Made by a program: the position numbers and the translations under genes. Positions 30,406 to 39,436 of a DNA stretch of 57,709 bases are shown one piece after another (positions within the stretch are counted from its first letter, which is position 1; every line of letters starts with the position of its first letter). Location: IMG/VR virus record IMGVR_UViG_3300020169_001518, positions 1-57,709 of that record. One strand, written 5' to 3'. Under the pieces are notes generated by a model. The model did not search any database. It worked only from the letters and a program-made list of their open reading frames with translations, and was not told where the DNA came from. Origin of the DNA: a virus (taxonomy: Duplodnaviria; Caudoviricetes).

Positions 30406-31380
30406 CTACAAAAAATCTAAACCTGCTCCACACAATTCTTCTTCCTCTTTAAAAGGACAAAAATTACACGTCCATTTTGAAGGTGTTTTTGGATAAGTTA
30501 CATCTTTTATATCTCCATTGGAGTTAAAACATTCATGTATAAAGTCTTGAATTGCACTTCTCGCTCTGCCTAATTTAATTTTTCCGCTTGGAGGAGTAAA
30601 TTGTTGGACTCTATATGCTTGATAAGGTGACATTATATTTTCATCATCCATATCTAACACTTTTCTTTTAACTATCATAAACTCAATTTCAATTTTTTCT
30701 AATGGTACTCCATATTGTTCAGAGAAATATTGTTTATATAATAATAGTTGGAATTGTTTATCTTCATCTTTTTTAGCATAATCATTCCAACCTTTAGTAC
30801 TTGTCTTTATGTCGATTATCTTAAAGGTATCTGTTGTTTCACAATATGTTACAACATCTAGATACCCCATGTATAATACGTTACTATACATTTTATTTGG
30901 CGCTATTACAATAGGTACTTCACAACCTACTAAATATGTGCCTTTCTTACTAAAATACCTGCTACGTTTTTTCTTAAACCACTCTAATATTGCTATACCA
31001 TCTTCAAAAAATTCTCTCATTTCTAATGCATCTGAGAAGTGGGAATCATTATTCTTTTTATATTGTGCTTGATATTCACTAATATATCTACCTTGAAAAT
31101 CTTCTTTTAGATCAATATCTCTATTAGCAGCAGCAAATGAATTTTCAAAAGCATAATCTAGATAATACTGTATTGATTCATGCATAGCTGTACCAAATAC
31201 AGTATGAATAGAAGATGTAAATCTTTTAATTTTATCCTTATATTGGAGTTTCCAACGATGAGGACAACCTCTAAAAATAGACATTTGGGAATAACTAACA
31301 TTCTTCTGATATGCAAAATTAATTGGAGCAGGAGGATTGTTTTTTATTTCCTTTACAATGTTCGGGATTTTTCTAGCCAA
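30406..31380 (-). CDS. PD-(D/E)XK nuclease (RecB/Cas4-like, four Cys)
   Basis: SYSQ...CP, GTAMH, GYLD, IIDIKT, QL..Y, CNFCPF.....C. Confidence 0.88.
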   Translation of the reverse strand: MARKIPNIVKEIKNNPPAPINFAYQKNVSYSQMSIFRGCPHRWKLQYKDKIKRFTSSIHTVFGTAMHESIQYYLDYAFENSFAAANRDIDLKEDFQGRYISEYQAQYKKNNDSHFSDALEMREFFEDGIAILEWFKKKRSRYFSKKGTYLVGCEVPIVIAPNKMYSNVLYMGYLDVVTYCETTDTFKIIDIKTSTKGWNDYAKKDEDKQFQLLLYKQYFSEQYGVPLEKIEIEFMIVKRKVLDMDDENIMSPYQAYRVQQFTPPSGKIKLGRARSAIQDFIHECFNSNGDIKDVTYPKTPSKWTCNFCPFKEEEELCGAGLDFL

Positions 31381-32210
31381 AACTTATATTTTTTAGGGAG
31401 ATATTTATTATCTTTAATAGGTAATTGATAAAAATAATTATTTTCTTCCCTTTCAGGAAATATATCTTTTCCTTCAGTTATTAAGCTCCTAATCTTTTTA
31501 GGATCTTTAATTTCATTTGTATTAAATTCTTGATGTGCGTATGATTCTAGTTTTTCAATTATTTTGTCTTCAGTCATAAAAAATGTAAGGTGCCAACCTC
31601 CTTCTAAAACAGCATACCATTCTGCATGTCTAATTTCAGACATAGATAGTTTATCTTTAAACATTGTTTCATAATGGAATACTTTACATTTAGTAGACTT
31701 CATTGGGTCCTTTAATGCATTTAATCTGGTAGTTAAATTATAATAGTACCAATCCATGCACATTCCAACTGAACCATAAGGTACAGAAGTTTTTTTAAAT
31801 TGATTTATAGTATCTATATCAGGTATTTCGTCTAAGTCTGATAGTATTACTATATCAAGAGGTTTTAAGGATAAATGACTTAATGGAGTTTTTATAGCGT
31901 TTCTTTGATATTCTTCTCTAAACCAATCGTGTTTGCTATCTTTACCTCTAGGTAAATCATCTACTACATAATAATAAATTTTATGTAACCATTTTTTAAA
32001 CCTTTTTTTATTTTTTAAAAAATTTAATGGTTTTGGAGATCCTGAGTGTGTTTGAGTTGCTTCAACTAAGATAAAAGTATCTACTACATCATCTAATTCC
32101 ATTAATCGGAATTCAAGCATATCTAATTCATTATAAAAAGTAAAACAATCTACAACCTTTTTATCTTTAGAATTATTTTTTTCAATTTCATCATATTTCT
32201 CCTTACCCAT
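31353..32210 (-). CDS. GT17 (beta-1,4-GlcNAc transferase, MGAT3-like) glycosyltransferase
   Basis: DCFTFYNELDMLEFRL, VEA..THSG, QRN, SDLDEIP, GWH; start moved to MGKEK. Confidence 0.85.
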   Translation of the reverse strand: MGKEKYDEIEKNNSKDKKVVDCFTFYNELDMLEFRLMELDDVVDTFILVEATQTHSGSPKPLNFLKNKKRFKKWLHKIYYYVVDDLPRGKDSKHDWFREEYQRNAIKTPLSHLSLKPLDIVILSDLDEIPDIDTINQFKKTSVPYGSVGMCMDWYYYNLTTRLNALKDPMKSTKCKVFHYETMFKDKLSMSEIRHAEWYAVLEGGWHLTFFMTEDKIIEKLESYAHQEFNTNEIKDPKKIRSLITEGKDIFPEREENNYFYQLPIKDNKYLPKKYKFWLEKSRTL

Positions 32211-32211
32211 T

Positions 32212-32697
32212 TTATTTTTTCCATTTATCACGACCTACTAAAAGACCAATTATTCCATAATTAGCAATGTCGATAAATGTATCTTCCATGCCTTCACCTT
32301 TAACAAATGATCTACCATTAATTAATAAGTTTTTAAGACGTGAAATCTTATCTGTAAGTCTAATACATAACCCAGTAAGTGAAAATGTTTTATCCTCTTT
32401 ATTATTAAGGATATCTCCACCTAATGCTATATTATTTAAACCATAATCCATATGTTTGCGAGCAAACATTTCATACATTTCTTTTTGAATTTGTTTAAAT
32501 TCTTTAGATAAATCTGGGTATTCTTCCTCAAAAATAGTAATTGTTTGATTTACTTCATCATCAATAAATTCTTCTATTTTCTTTTTTCCACTTTTAGCAT
32601 TACTAATTTCTCTACTACTCATAACTTTTTCTATTTCTTTTGCATTATTACCAAAATGACCTACATTTTCAAAATACTTTTTTATTGAATCACCCAT
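32212..32697 (-). CDS. DUF1599 / nucleotide-modification-associated domain protein
   Basis: KHMDYG, RLTDKISRL, EDTFIDIANYGII. Confidence 0.8.
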   Translation of the reverse strand: MGDSIKKYFENVGHFGNNAKEIEKVMSSREISNAKSGKKKIEEFIDDEVNQTITIFEEEYPDLSKEFKQIQKEMYEMFARKHMDYGLNNIALGGDILNNKEDKTFSLTGLCIRLTDKISRLKNLLINGRSFVKGEGMEDTFIDIANYGIIGLLVGRDKWKK

Positions 32698-32914
32698 TGA
32701 TTTGTTGTTCTAAGGAAAAATATTTTTCAATTGTTGCTAATCTATCATCAGCATCAACTAACATAGCAAGTGCTTCTTCAGCATTTTTGTAAAAATCTTC
32801 TGTTGTGTGGTCTCCAATTCCAACTGCTCTATCACCTAATAATTCAAGTGATAACAGTGCTTTTGCTTTATCTGCTAATGCAGATGTACGTAACATTTCT
32901 ATTAATTTAATCAT
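32690..32914 (-). CDS. hypothetical protein
   Basis: Helical ORF with VGIGDH; overlaps both neighbours. Confidence 0.7.
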   Translation of the reverse strand: MIKLIEMLRTSALADKAKALLSLELLGDRAVGIGDHTTEDFYKNAEEALAMLVDADDRLATIEKYFSLEQQING

Positions 32915-33324
32915 TTTATTATTGTTTTTATTTCTTTGTTATTTAATCCTATTGACATCAATATACGACCTATTTCATCAGTATCCAAAAATTCTAAATA
33001 TTCTTTTGTTTCTTTTGATGAACATTCCCAATATGATGATAAATGTTCTACTAAATCTTTATTTGATTGTTTTACTTTAGATTTAATATATTTACTCCAT
33101 TTATTATTTTTAGGAATATACTCTCTATAAACAGAATATATTTCTTTCTTATTTTGTGGGTTTATTATTTGAACAAAATTAACTATATCTAAAAAATCAG
33201 GATTCATAGACAAAAATCTATGTACCATATAACTATTCCATAACTCCCAATCTTTATCAGAGAAGGAGTTGGGATCAGCTTTAGTTGAGTTGATTTGTTT
33301 TAACCAATCCCAAATGTTCTTCAT
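32911..33324 (-). CDS. clamp loader small subunit (T4 gp62-like)
   Basis: WDWLKQIN...YMVHRFLS...; lies near the RFC ATPase. Confidence 0.65.
   Translation of the reverse strand: MKNIWDWLKQINSTKADPNSFSDKDWELWNSYMVHRFLSMNPDFLDIVNFVQIINPQNKKEIYSVYREYIPKNNKWSKYIKSKVKQSNKDLVEHLSSYWECSSKETKEYLEFLDTDEIGRILMSIGLNNKEIKTIIK
32958..32989 (-). promoter_or_regulatory. internal Bacteroidota-type promoter
   Basis: TTTG-N20-TATATTGA. Confidence 0.6.
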
Positions 33325-33635
33325 TATTTAGAATCTATAGCACCTGTTAGTAGTATACTTTCTTCTGCTAATTCTTCTCTTAGCTCTAATGGAACACCAT
33401 CTGCTACTATTTTTTTAGTATAAGGATCAATAAATACTGGAATTGGCATTACTGCATCACTATCAGTACCTGTGATAAATTTACTAATTTTTCTTAGAAT
33501 GACTCCTGATTCAAATACATTTTTACCTTTTGAATTTAAAAGACCTTCTGTAGTTGTTAAATCGACATTCATTTGTGGTTGTTGACCACCTGGATTACCT
33601 TGTTTCATTTTTTTCTTATTTTTAATTAATTTCAC
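33324..33635 (-). CDS. hypothetical protein
   Basis: ORF between the clamp loader subunits. Confidence 0.7.
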   Translation of the reverse strand: MKLIKNKKKMKQGNPGGQQPQMNVDLTTTEGLLNSKGKNVFESGVILRKISKFITGTDSDAVMPIPVFIDPYTKKIVADGVPLELREELAEESILLTGAIDSK

Positions 33636-33636
33636 T

Positions 33637-34554
33637 TTATTTATTATTTATTATATTCTGGATTAAACTCATTACATTAATTTCTTTATCAATTCTAAAA
33701 TTGGCTTGGTATAAATGCTCGTTAACTAAAATAGCAACTGTACCTTCTTTGCCTGGTATGTACTTGGAAGCATTTTCATATAAAAATCGAAATAATTCAT
33801 CAAAATCATCTACATTTGCATCAGCAATAATTTGTCTAATTTTAGTAAATGATGATTTAGGTTTTTCAAGTTCTTTAATTATAGAGGTCATATAGCTAGT
33901 ACTTACAAGCAAAGAATCATCCAATGTTAATTTGTTCTTATTAGTGCTTGCTTGGATAGTATTAAGCATTTTACGTAAGTCCGGATAGAACTTATTTACA
34001 ATTTTACCAATGGCTTTAGGTTCATAACTTATGCTTTCCTTATCACAAATACTAGCTAAATGTACAGCGACCTCTTTTTTAGTAGGTGGAACAACTTTAA
34101 TTGTTTGGCACCTAGATTGTAAGGGATCTATAATCCTTTCTACATAATTACAAGTTAAAATAAATCTTGTAGTTCTAGAAAAAGTTTCTATTATGTTTCG
34201 GAGCGACGCTTGCGCTTGAATCGTGAGAAAATCCGCCTCGTCCAAGATAACAACCTTGAGGGGCTTAAATGAAGCAACCGATGCGAAACTAGAGACTTTA
34301 TCCCTAATAGTTTCGATCCCACGCTCGTCAGAAGCGTTAATATAAATGTGATCACAATCTAAGTTTTTAATTATTAATTTTGCTAATGTTGTTTTACCTG
34401 TACCTGCAGGACCATAAAATAAATAATTTTGGATATCATTATTATATAATTGGGATGCAATAGAGGATTTTAAACTATCATTACCAACATAATCCTTTAA
34501 TTTTACTGGCCTATATTTTTCGTTTAATAAACTATTTTTTCTAATATTCTCCAT
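33637..34554 (-). CDS. clamp loader AAA+ subunit (RFC / T4 gp44-like)
   Basis: EKYRP, GPAGTGKT, NASDERG, LDEAD, SRC; start moved to MENIRK. Confidence 0.95.
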   Translation of the reverse strand: MENIRKNSLLNEKYRPVKLKDYVGNDSLKSSIASQLYNNDIQNYLFYGPAGTGKTTLAKLIIKNLDCDHIYINASDERGIETIRDKVSSFASVASFKPLKVVILDEADFLTIQAQASLRNIIETFSRTTRFILTCNYVERIIDPLQSRCQTIKVVPPTKKEVAVHLASICDKESISYEPKAIGKIVNKFYPDLRKMLNTIQASTNKNKLTLDDSLLVSTSYMTSIIKELEKPKSSFTKIRQIIADANVDDFDELFRFLYENASKYIPGKEGTVAILVNEHLYQANFRIDKEINVMSLIQNIINNK

Positions 34555-34807
34555 ATATAGAAAACTTTTGTATTGGTTCAGGTTTAATTTCTTCTTTAGT
34601 TGTAGATATAGCATATAATTCACTTTTAAGTGGTGCTAATCTATATTCGCCCTTAAATCCAGTTTTTACCATATATGCTTCTAAGGCATTTGTTAAAGTT
34701 GGATGTGTAGGACCATCAGGTTCATTTGCTACTAATCTCCATTTATCTCCTGGTGGAACTCTACGAGCGATTAAAATATTTTCTTCTGTTATTTTTGTTT
34801 TTGACAT
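34541..34807 (-). CDS. hypothetical protein
   Basis: Start moved to MSKTK, downstream of a promoter. Confidence 0.65.
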   Translation of the reverse strand: MSKTKITEENILIARRVPPGDKWRLVANEPDGPTHPTLTNALEAYMVKTGFKGEYRLAPLKSELYAISTTKEEIKPEPIQKFSIYGEY

Positions 34808-34811
34808 GGCT

Positions 34812-34843
34812 ATAATATACGAAAAATAAATGGGGGAGACAAG
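34812..34843 (-). promoter_or_regulatory. Bacteroidota-type promoter
   Basis: CTTG-N20-TATATTAT. Confidence 0.65.
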
Positions 34844-34851
34844 CTCCCCCA
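34822..34851 (-). terminator. intrinsic terminator after the groEL/Hc1 operon
   Basis: TGGGGGAG-CTTGT-CTCCCCCA then TTTATTTTT. Confidence 0.8.
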
Positions 34852-34856
34852 ATTAA

Positions 34857-35024
34857 TTATTTAGATTCTGCTACAGATGCTTTTTTATAAGCTGTAATTA
34901 GATTTTTAATCTTCATTGCTGCTTTTCTTGCTCTCTGTTGTGATGCTTTTGTAGTACCACTGTTTTCTGCTGCTAAGGTATTGAAATTTTCTTCAATCGC
35001 CTCAAATAATTCTTGTTTACTCAT
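34857..35024 (-). CDS. histone H1-like Hc1-family nucleoid protein (55 aa)
   Basis: Hand-translated MSKQELFEAIEENFNTLAAENSGTTKASQQRARKAAMKIKNLITAYKKAS; G.KA...RARK pattern. Confidence 0.75.
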   Translation of the reverse strand: MSKQELFEAIEENFNTLAAENSGTTKASQQRARKAAMKIKNLITAYKKASVAESK

Positions 35025-35050
35025 TTTATTGTTTTTTATTTATTTATTTA

Positions 35051-36688
35051 TTAAAATCCTGGATTTACTGGAGGAACTCCATTTCCATGTCCATTTTGTT
35101 CAAATTCATCTGAATCTTTATCGTCAGTTATAGTACATTCTGTTAGTAAAATTGTACCTGCTACTGAAGCTGCATTTTGTAATGCTGATCTAGTTACTTT
35201 AGTTGGATCTATAATACCTGCTTCTTTAAGGTTAATAACTTTACCTGAGTTAATATCAACACCTGCCCATTCATCATCTCCTGAGTCTACTAACTTATAT
35301 TTCCCTAGTAGTTGGGCTTCAGTTTTATCATAACCAGCATTAATTAAAATTTGTTCAAACGGTTTACCACAAGCATTATAAACTATTTCAGCACCAACAT
35401 TATTAACATTAATACTTTCTCTAGCATATAATAAAGCAGCTCCTCCTCCTGGTACAATGCCTTCTTCAATAGCCGCTTTAGTTGCATGTAATGAATCGTC
35501 AATTCTATCTTTCTTTTCTTGCATTTCAGTTTCTGTAAATCCACCAACATGAATTATAGCTACACCACCTGTAAATTTAGACAATCTATTTTGTAATTGC
35601 TCTACTTCATATGGAGTATTTGCTTTATCTATCTGAACTTGTAATTCATCGATTCTTTTTTCAATAGCTTCAACTTCTCCTTTACCATCAACAATTGTAG
35701 TTTGTTCTTTTTCAACAGTTACTACTCTTGCTTCTCCAAACCATTCCCAACTAAATTTATCAAGTTTCATACCTTTTTCCTTACTAAATACTTGACCTCC
35801 TGTTGTAATAGCTATATCTTCTAATACTAATTTTCTTTTATCTCCAAATTCTGGGGATTTGACAGCACATACAGCTAAAGTACCTCTCATTTTATTTACA
35901 ATTAAAGTAGCTAATGCTTCATTATCAACATCATCAGCGATAATTAATAAGGATTTTCCTTGACTACCTACTGCTTCTAAAATTGGTAATAATTCTTTTA
36001 CTGAATTTAATTTCCCATCTATCATTAATATAGCTGGGTTTTCAAGTACTGATGTCATTGTATTATTATCAGTAACAAAATAAGGGGATTTATATCCTCT
36101 ATCAAATTGCATTCCTTCAACAGTTTCAATATAAGTATCTCCTGTTTTTGATGATTCAATATGTACAACACCTTTTAACCCAACTTTATCAATTGCAGTT
36201 GAGATTAATTTTCCTACTTCAACATCATTGTTAGCTGATACTGTAGCAATTTGTTCTAATTGATCTTCGTTTGAAATATCTTCTGATATATTATCTTTTA
36301 AAGTGTGTAGTACTTCTTTAATAGCTTTATCAATATCCCTTTTTATTTGCACTGCATTATCTCCTTGGTCAAGACTTTTTAACCCATCTTTTACCATTGC
36401 TCTAGCTAGTAAAGTTGATGTTGTTGTACCATCACCTGCTTTATCAGCTGTTTTAATTGCAGCCCATTTTACTAATTGTACTCCTAATTCTTGATTAGGT
36501 TCTTTTAATACAATGTTTTTTGCAACTGTAACTCCATCTTTAGTACTTTGTGGAGCATCAAGAATACCTCTTCCAATTACAACATTTCTACCATTAGGTC
36601 CTAAAGTTGATACTACTGCATCTGCTAGAATATCAATACCTTTTACTAAGTTTGCCCTTGCGTCTGAGCCAAATTCTACTTTTTTCAT
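35051..36688 (-). CDS. groEL: chaperonin GroEL
   Basis: TLGPNGRNV, TKDGVTVAK, GDGTTT, GMQFDRGY, GIVPGGG, IDPTKV. Confidence 0.98.
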   Translation of the reverse strand: MKKVEFGSDARANLVKGIDILADAVVSTLGPNGRNVVIGRGILDAPQSTKDGVTVAKNIVLKEPNQELGVQLVKWAAIKTADKAGDGTTTSTLLARAMVKDGLKSLDQGDNAVQIKRDIDKAIKEVLHTLKDNISEDISNEDQLEQIATVSANNDVEVGKLISTAIDKVGLKGVVHIESSKTGDTYIETVEGMQFDRGYKSPYFVTDNNTMTSVLENPAILMIDGKLNSVKELLPILEAVGSQGKSLLIIADDVDNEALATLIVNKMRGTLAVCAVKSPEFGDKRKLVLEDIAITTGGQVFSKEKGMKLDKFSWEWFGEARVVTVEKEQTTIVDGKGEVEAIEKRIDELQVQIDKANTPYEVEQLQNRLSKFTGGVAIIHVGGFTETEMQEKKDRIDDSLHATKAAIEEGIVPGGGAALLYARESINVNNVGAEIVYNACGKPFEQILINAGYDKTEAQLLGKYKLVDSGDDEWAGVDINSGKVINLKEAGIIDPTKVTRSALQNAASVAGTILLTECTITDDKDSDEFEQNGHGNGVPPVNPGF

Positions 36689-36689
36689 T

Positions 36690-37064
36690 TTAAATATCGT
36701 TTAAATCGTTAATTTCTTCTTTTGTTAAATTATCTTTTGTTTCTTCTAATACTTCAGATACTACATCTGATGTAGATCTTTGTACTCTTGCTAGTATTTG
36801 GTTTTCAGGACCTATTAAATATTCAGTTCCATCATATACTAATTTAGTAAAACCTTGAGTTGGTAACACTACAATATCTCCTACTTTTGATACTGTTGGT
36901 AAAAAACTACCAAATTGTGTTGGTTGGCCAGGACCAACTGCTATAACTTCCCCCTTTTCGTTTAAATCTTTTCCCATATCTGGTACAATGATTCCACCGT
37001 ATTTTACTTCTTCGTTTTCAATCGGTTTAACGATAACCGCATTAAATAATGCCTCTAATTTCAT
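36690..37064 (-). CDS. groES: co-chaperonin GroES with C-terminal extension
   Basis: GGIIVPD, GEVIAVGPG, KVGDIV; adjacent to groEL. Confidence 0.93.
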   Translation of the reverse strand: MKLEALFNAVIVKPIENEEVKYGGIIVPDMGKDLNEKGEVIAVGPGQPTQFGSFLPTVSKVGDIVVLPTQGFTKLVYDGTEYLIGPENQILARVQRSTSDVVSEVLEETKDNLTKEEINDLNDI

Positions 37065-37359
37065 TTGTGTAACTTTTAATGTTTGTTTCTATTAATTTAA
37101 AATTCTCAATTATTTGATCTAAGTTATTTGTTTCTCTATTATGTAGAGAGTTATGTGCTATATACTCCAATGCCCTACCTAGATCAGGATAATAACTTTG
37201 GGGTTTTGCATATTCTTTAATATTCCCTTTAGATCTAAAATGATCTTTATTAGGAATAACTCGTTCATTAACGGTGTAACAATTATCATCTTTAGTGATA
37301 AAATACGGTTCTAAACGTGGATCTTCGATCTTCGTTAGACTTTTAGGTTTTCTTGCCAT
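37042..37359 (-). CDS. hypothetical protein
   Basis: ORF downstream of a promoter. Confidence 0.7.
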   Translation of the reverse strand: MARKPKSLTKIEDPRLEPYFITKDDNCYTVNERVIPNKDHFRSKGNIKEYAKPQSYYPDLGRALEYIAHNSLHNRETNNLDQIIENFKLIETNIKSYTNEIRGII

Positions 37360-37384
37360 ATAACTTTTATTATTTTATGTTACG

Positions 37385-37416
37385 TTAATATACGAAAGAA
37401 ACATCGCTAGGACACG
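37385..37416 (-). promoter_or_regulatory. Bacteroidota-type promoter
   Basis: CGTG-N20-TATATTAA. Confidence 0.6.
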
Positions 37417-37433
37417 CTTTTCTTTAATTACCT

Positions 37434-37859
37434 TTATTTAATTTTAATTGATTTTGGTTTAGCATCTTCTGCTAAAGGGATAAAAATTTCCAATAAACCG
37501 TTAGTCATTTCTGCTTCAGTTATTGATAAATCAAATTTAGCGGCTATTTTATATCTTAAATCAAATGATTTTTTTGATAAACCGTGATAAATATACCCTT
37601 CGAAGTCATCTCCCTTGTCTTCTTGTTTTTTGTATGTAATTTTTAAAGTATCCCCTTCGATATCAAGGATAACATCTTTTTTAGTTAGCCCAGTACAGGC
37701 AACTTCAAAATGAAGTCCTCTATCATCATAGAAAATATTTAATGGATGTGGTTGTTTTGAATTTAATGCTGGAGCAAATTGCTCTTCTGCATTGAAGTGA
37801 TTCCTGAATAGGATGTCGAAAGGACTTAGGTGTCTTTCTAATAATTGTAATGTACTCAT
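37434..37859 (-). CDS. small heat-shock protein (Hsp20/IbpA-like)
   Basis: P.NI...EVA..G..K.DV, AEMTNGLLEIFIP...KPKSIKIK. Confidence 0.92.
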   Translation of the reverse strand: MSTLQLLERHLSPFDILFRNHFNAEEQFAPALNSKQPHPLNIFYDDRGLHFEVACTGLTKKDVILDIEGDTLKITYKKQEDKGDDFEGYIYHGLSKKSFDLRYKIAAKFDLSITEAEMTNGLLEIFIPLAEDAKPKSIKIK

Positions 37860-37949
37860 ATCATTTAGTTTTTGTGAGGCCGAAGCTCTCGGTTAATTTA
37901 TTTTAAAACATAACTACGCGCCCTAGCTGCATGTTACTTTATTATACAT

Positions 37950-37981
37950 ATAATATACGAACGGAAAGTCGCCCTTCCAAG
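37950..37981 (-). promoter_or_regulatory. promoter of hsp20
   Basis: CTTG-N20-TATATTAT. Confidence 0.65.
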
Positions 37982-38656
37982 TTATTCTGCATCAAAGAAG
38001 AACATTTGCCATAATCTTCCTGATTCTATATCGTGGCCAAAATAATCTTGAGCTGCATGAATTGCATGAGCATCAAATATTACTAATCTGTTATAAACAT
38101 TACCTGCTACATCAACATTTTCGTAAGGATGTGGATCTACAAATGTGTGTTGATTAAAAGCACTATTAATATCAAATACACTTCCATCTGGTTGTTGTAA
38201 TTTATCATGGCTATGTCTAACTTTAGTTTCTTTATGTTGCATTAATCTTGTTCCAGCTGCAACAGGTGCATTTGGGGTTAAATAAATCATACCAGCCCAT
38301 AATTGTTGATCACAATGATAAACTAAAGAAGTACCAGCTATTGCAGATTGAAATCTCCCATTCATCCCATAATCTTCCCACATTTTCTGTCCTGTGATTT
38401 TTAAACCCATTATTTTTTCAAATTCTTCCTTTACACCATCAAAGAAATGTTGTTTTCTTGTACGCATACCTAAGTATCCGGGATCATCAAAATAATATTG
38501 CTTTAAAGCATATGCTCTAACGGCGTCAGGATCTTCATAAAAATTATCTACAATCCATAACCTTGTATCTGGTTTTGAATTTACTTTAAATTCATTTGAA
38601 TGTATTTGTCCATAAGGACTATCTGGGTTGCTGTCTATTTTTGTAATTTCGCTCAT
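37982..38656 (-). CDS. 2OG-Fe(II) oxygenase-like (DUF6445-type)
   Basis: VDNFYEDPD.VR, HCD, IYLTP, NVYNRLVIFD...H, RL.Q.FFF. Confidence 0.8.
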   Translation of the reverse strand: MSEITKIDSNPDSPYGQIHSNEFKVNSKPDTRLWIVDNFYEDPDAVRAYALKQYYFDDPGYLGMRTRKQHFFDGVKEEFEKIMGLKITGQKMWEDYGMNGRFQSAIAGTSLVYHCDQQLWAGMIYLTPNAPVAAGTRLMQHKETKVRHSHDKLQQPDGSVFDINSAFNQHTFVDPHPYENVDVAGNVYNRLVIFDAHAIHAAQDYFGHDIESGRLWQMFFFDAE

Positions 38657-38665
38657 AATTTTATT

Positions 38666-39400
38666 TTATTCGTTTCTAGCTATATAATAAATACTATCTG
38701 ATTTTTTGTTGTTTAATTCCCCCTTAAATTCTATTTTCATCATGCCTTGTTTTGATAATTTAATATTGCAACTATCCATATCTTTATTATTACTTAATAT
38801 ATCTTTAAATACATTTGAATCAAAAGGCATTTCTATGTCATTATCTTTAATTTGACCTTGTATTTGGTATGTAATTTTATTAGAAAAACCTTCTTTATCT
38901 CCAAATAAAAACTCAACAATAGGGGTTCCATCTAAATCTTCTGTTGTTCTAATTAACATTTGATCTACATCACTTAAAGCATTTTTAGCTTTAATTAAAT
39001 AATTAATATCATCTGCAGATACGTCTAATTGTACTTCATATTCTTCAGGATCTTCATACCATGTTACTTTACCCATTATCAATGGATCAGCTAAAGCATA
39101 ATCTAGTGAATAATTACTGTCTGCTAAGTATAATTTTCTATGTAATTGATTATTTTTTTCAGTAGTAATCATTAATTCACCTGAAGTAATAGATAATAAT
39201 TTGCTTAATTTGTGTGTATCAAATATTCCTAATTCACAATCTTCAAAGTTAAAATCTTCTAAATACACCTTACAGGCTCTACCTTTAACACCTGCATATA
39301 CAGTTAAAGTATTATCCTTAATTCTCCATTTAACTTGGTTATTTAAACCATTTAAATAGTATTTTTGTATTAAGGATTCTAGTGAGTTTTTGTTTATCAT
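38666..39400 (-). CDS. DNA polymerase sliding clamp (gp45-like)
   Basis: 244 aa, acidic; GIFD...L, Y.LADP motifs; directly downstream of the polymerase. Confidence 0.7.
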   Translation of the reverse strand: MINKNSLESLIQKYYLNGLNNQVKWRIKDNTLTVYAGVKGRACKVYLEDFNFEDCELGIFDTHKLSKLLSITSGELMITTEKNNQLHRKLYLADSNYSLDYALADPLIMGKVTWYEDPEEYEVQLDVSADDINYLIKAKNALSDVDQMLIRTTEDLDGTPIVEFLFGDKEGFSNKITYQIQGQIKDNDIEMPFDSNVFKDILSNNKDMDSCNIKLSKQGMMKIEFKGELNNKKSDSIYYIARNE

Positions 39401-39405
39401 AATAT

Positions 39406-39436
39406 ATAATGTACGACCTTTACTTTAAATTTCAAA
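39406..39436 (-). promoter_or_regulatory. Bacteroidota-type promoter
   Basis: TTTG-N19-TACATTAT. Confidence 0.55.
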
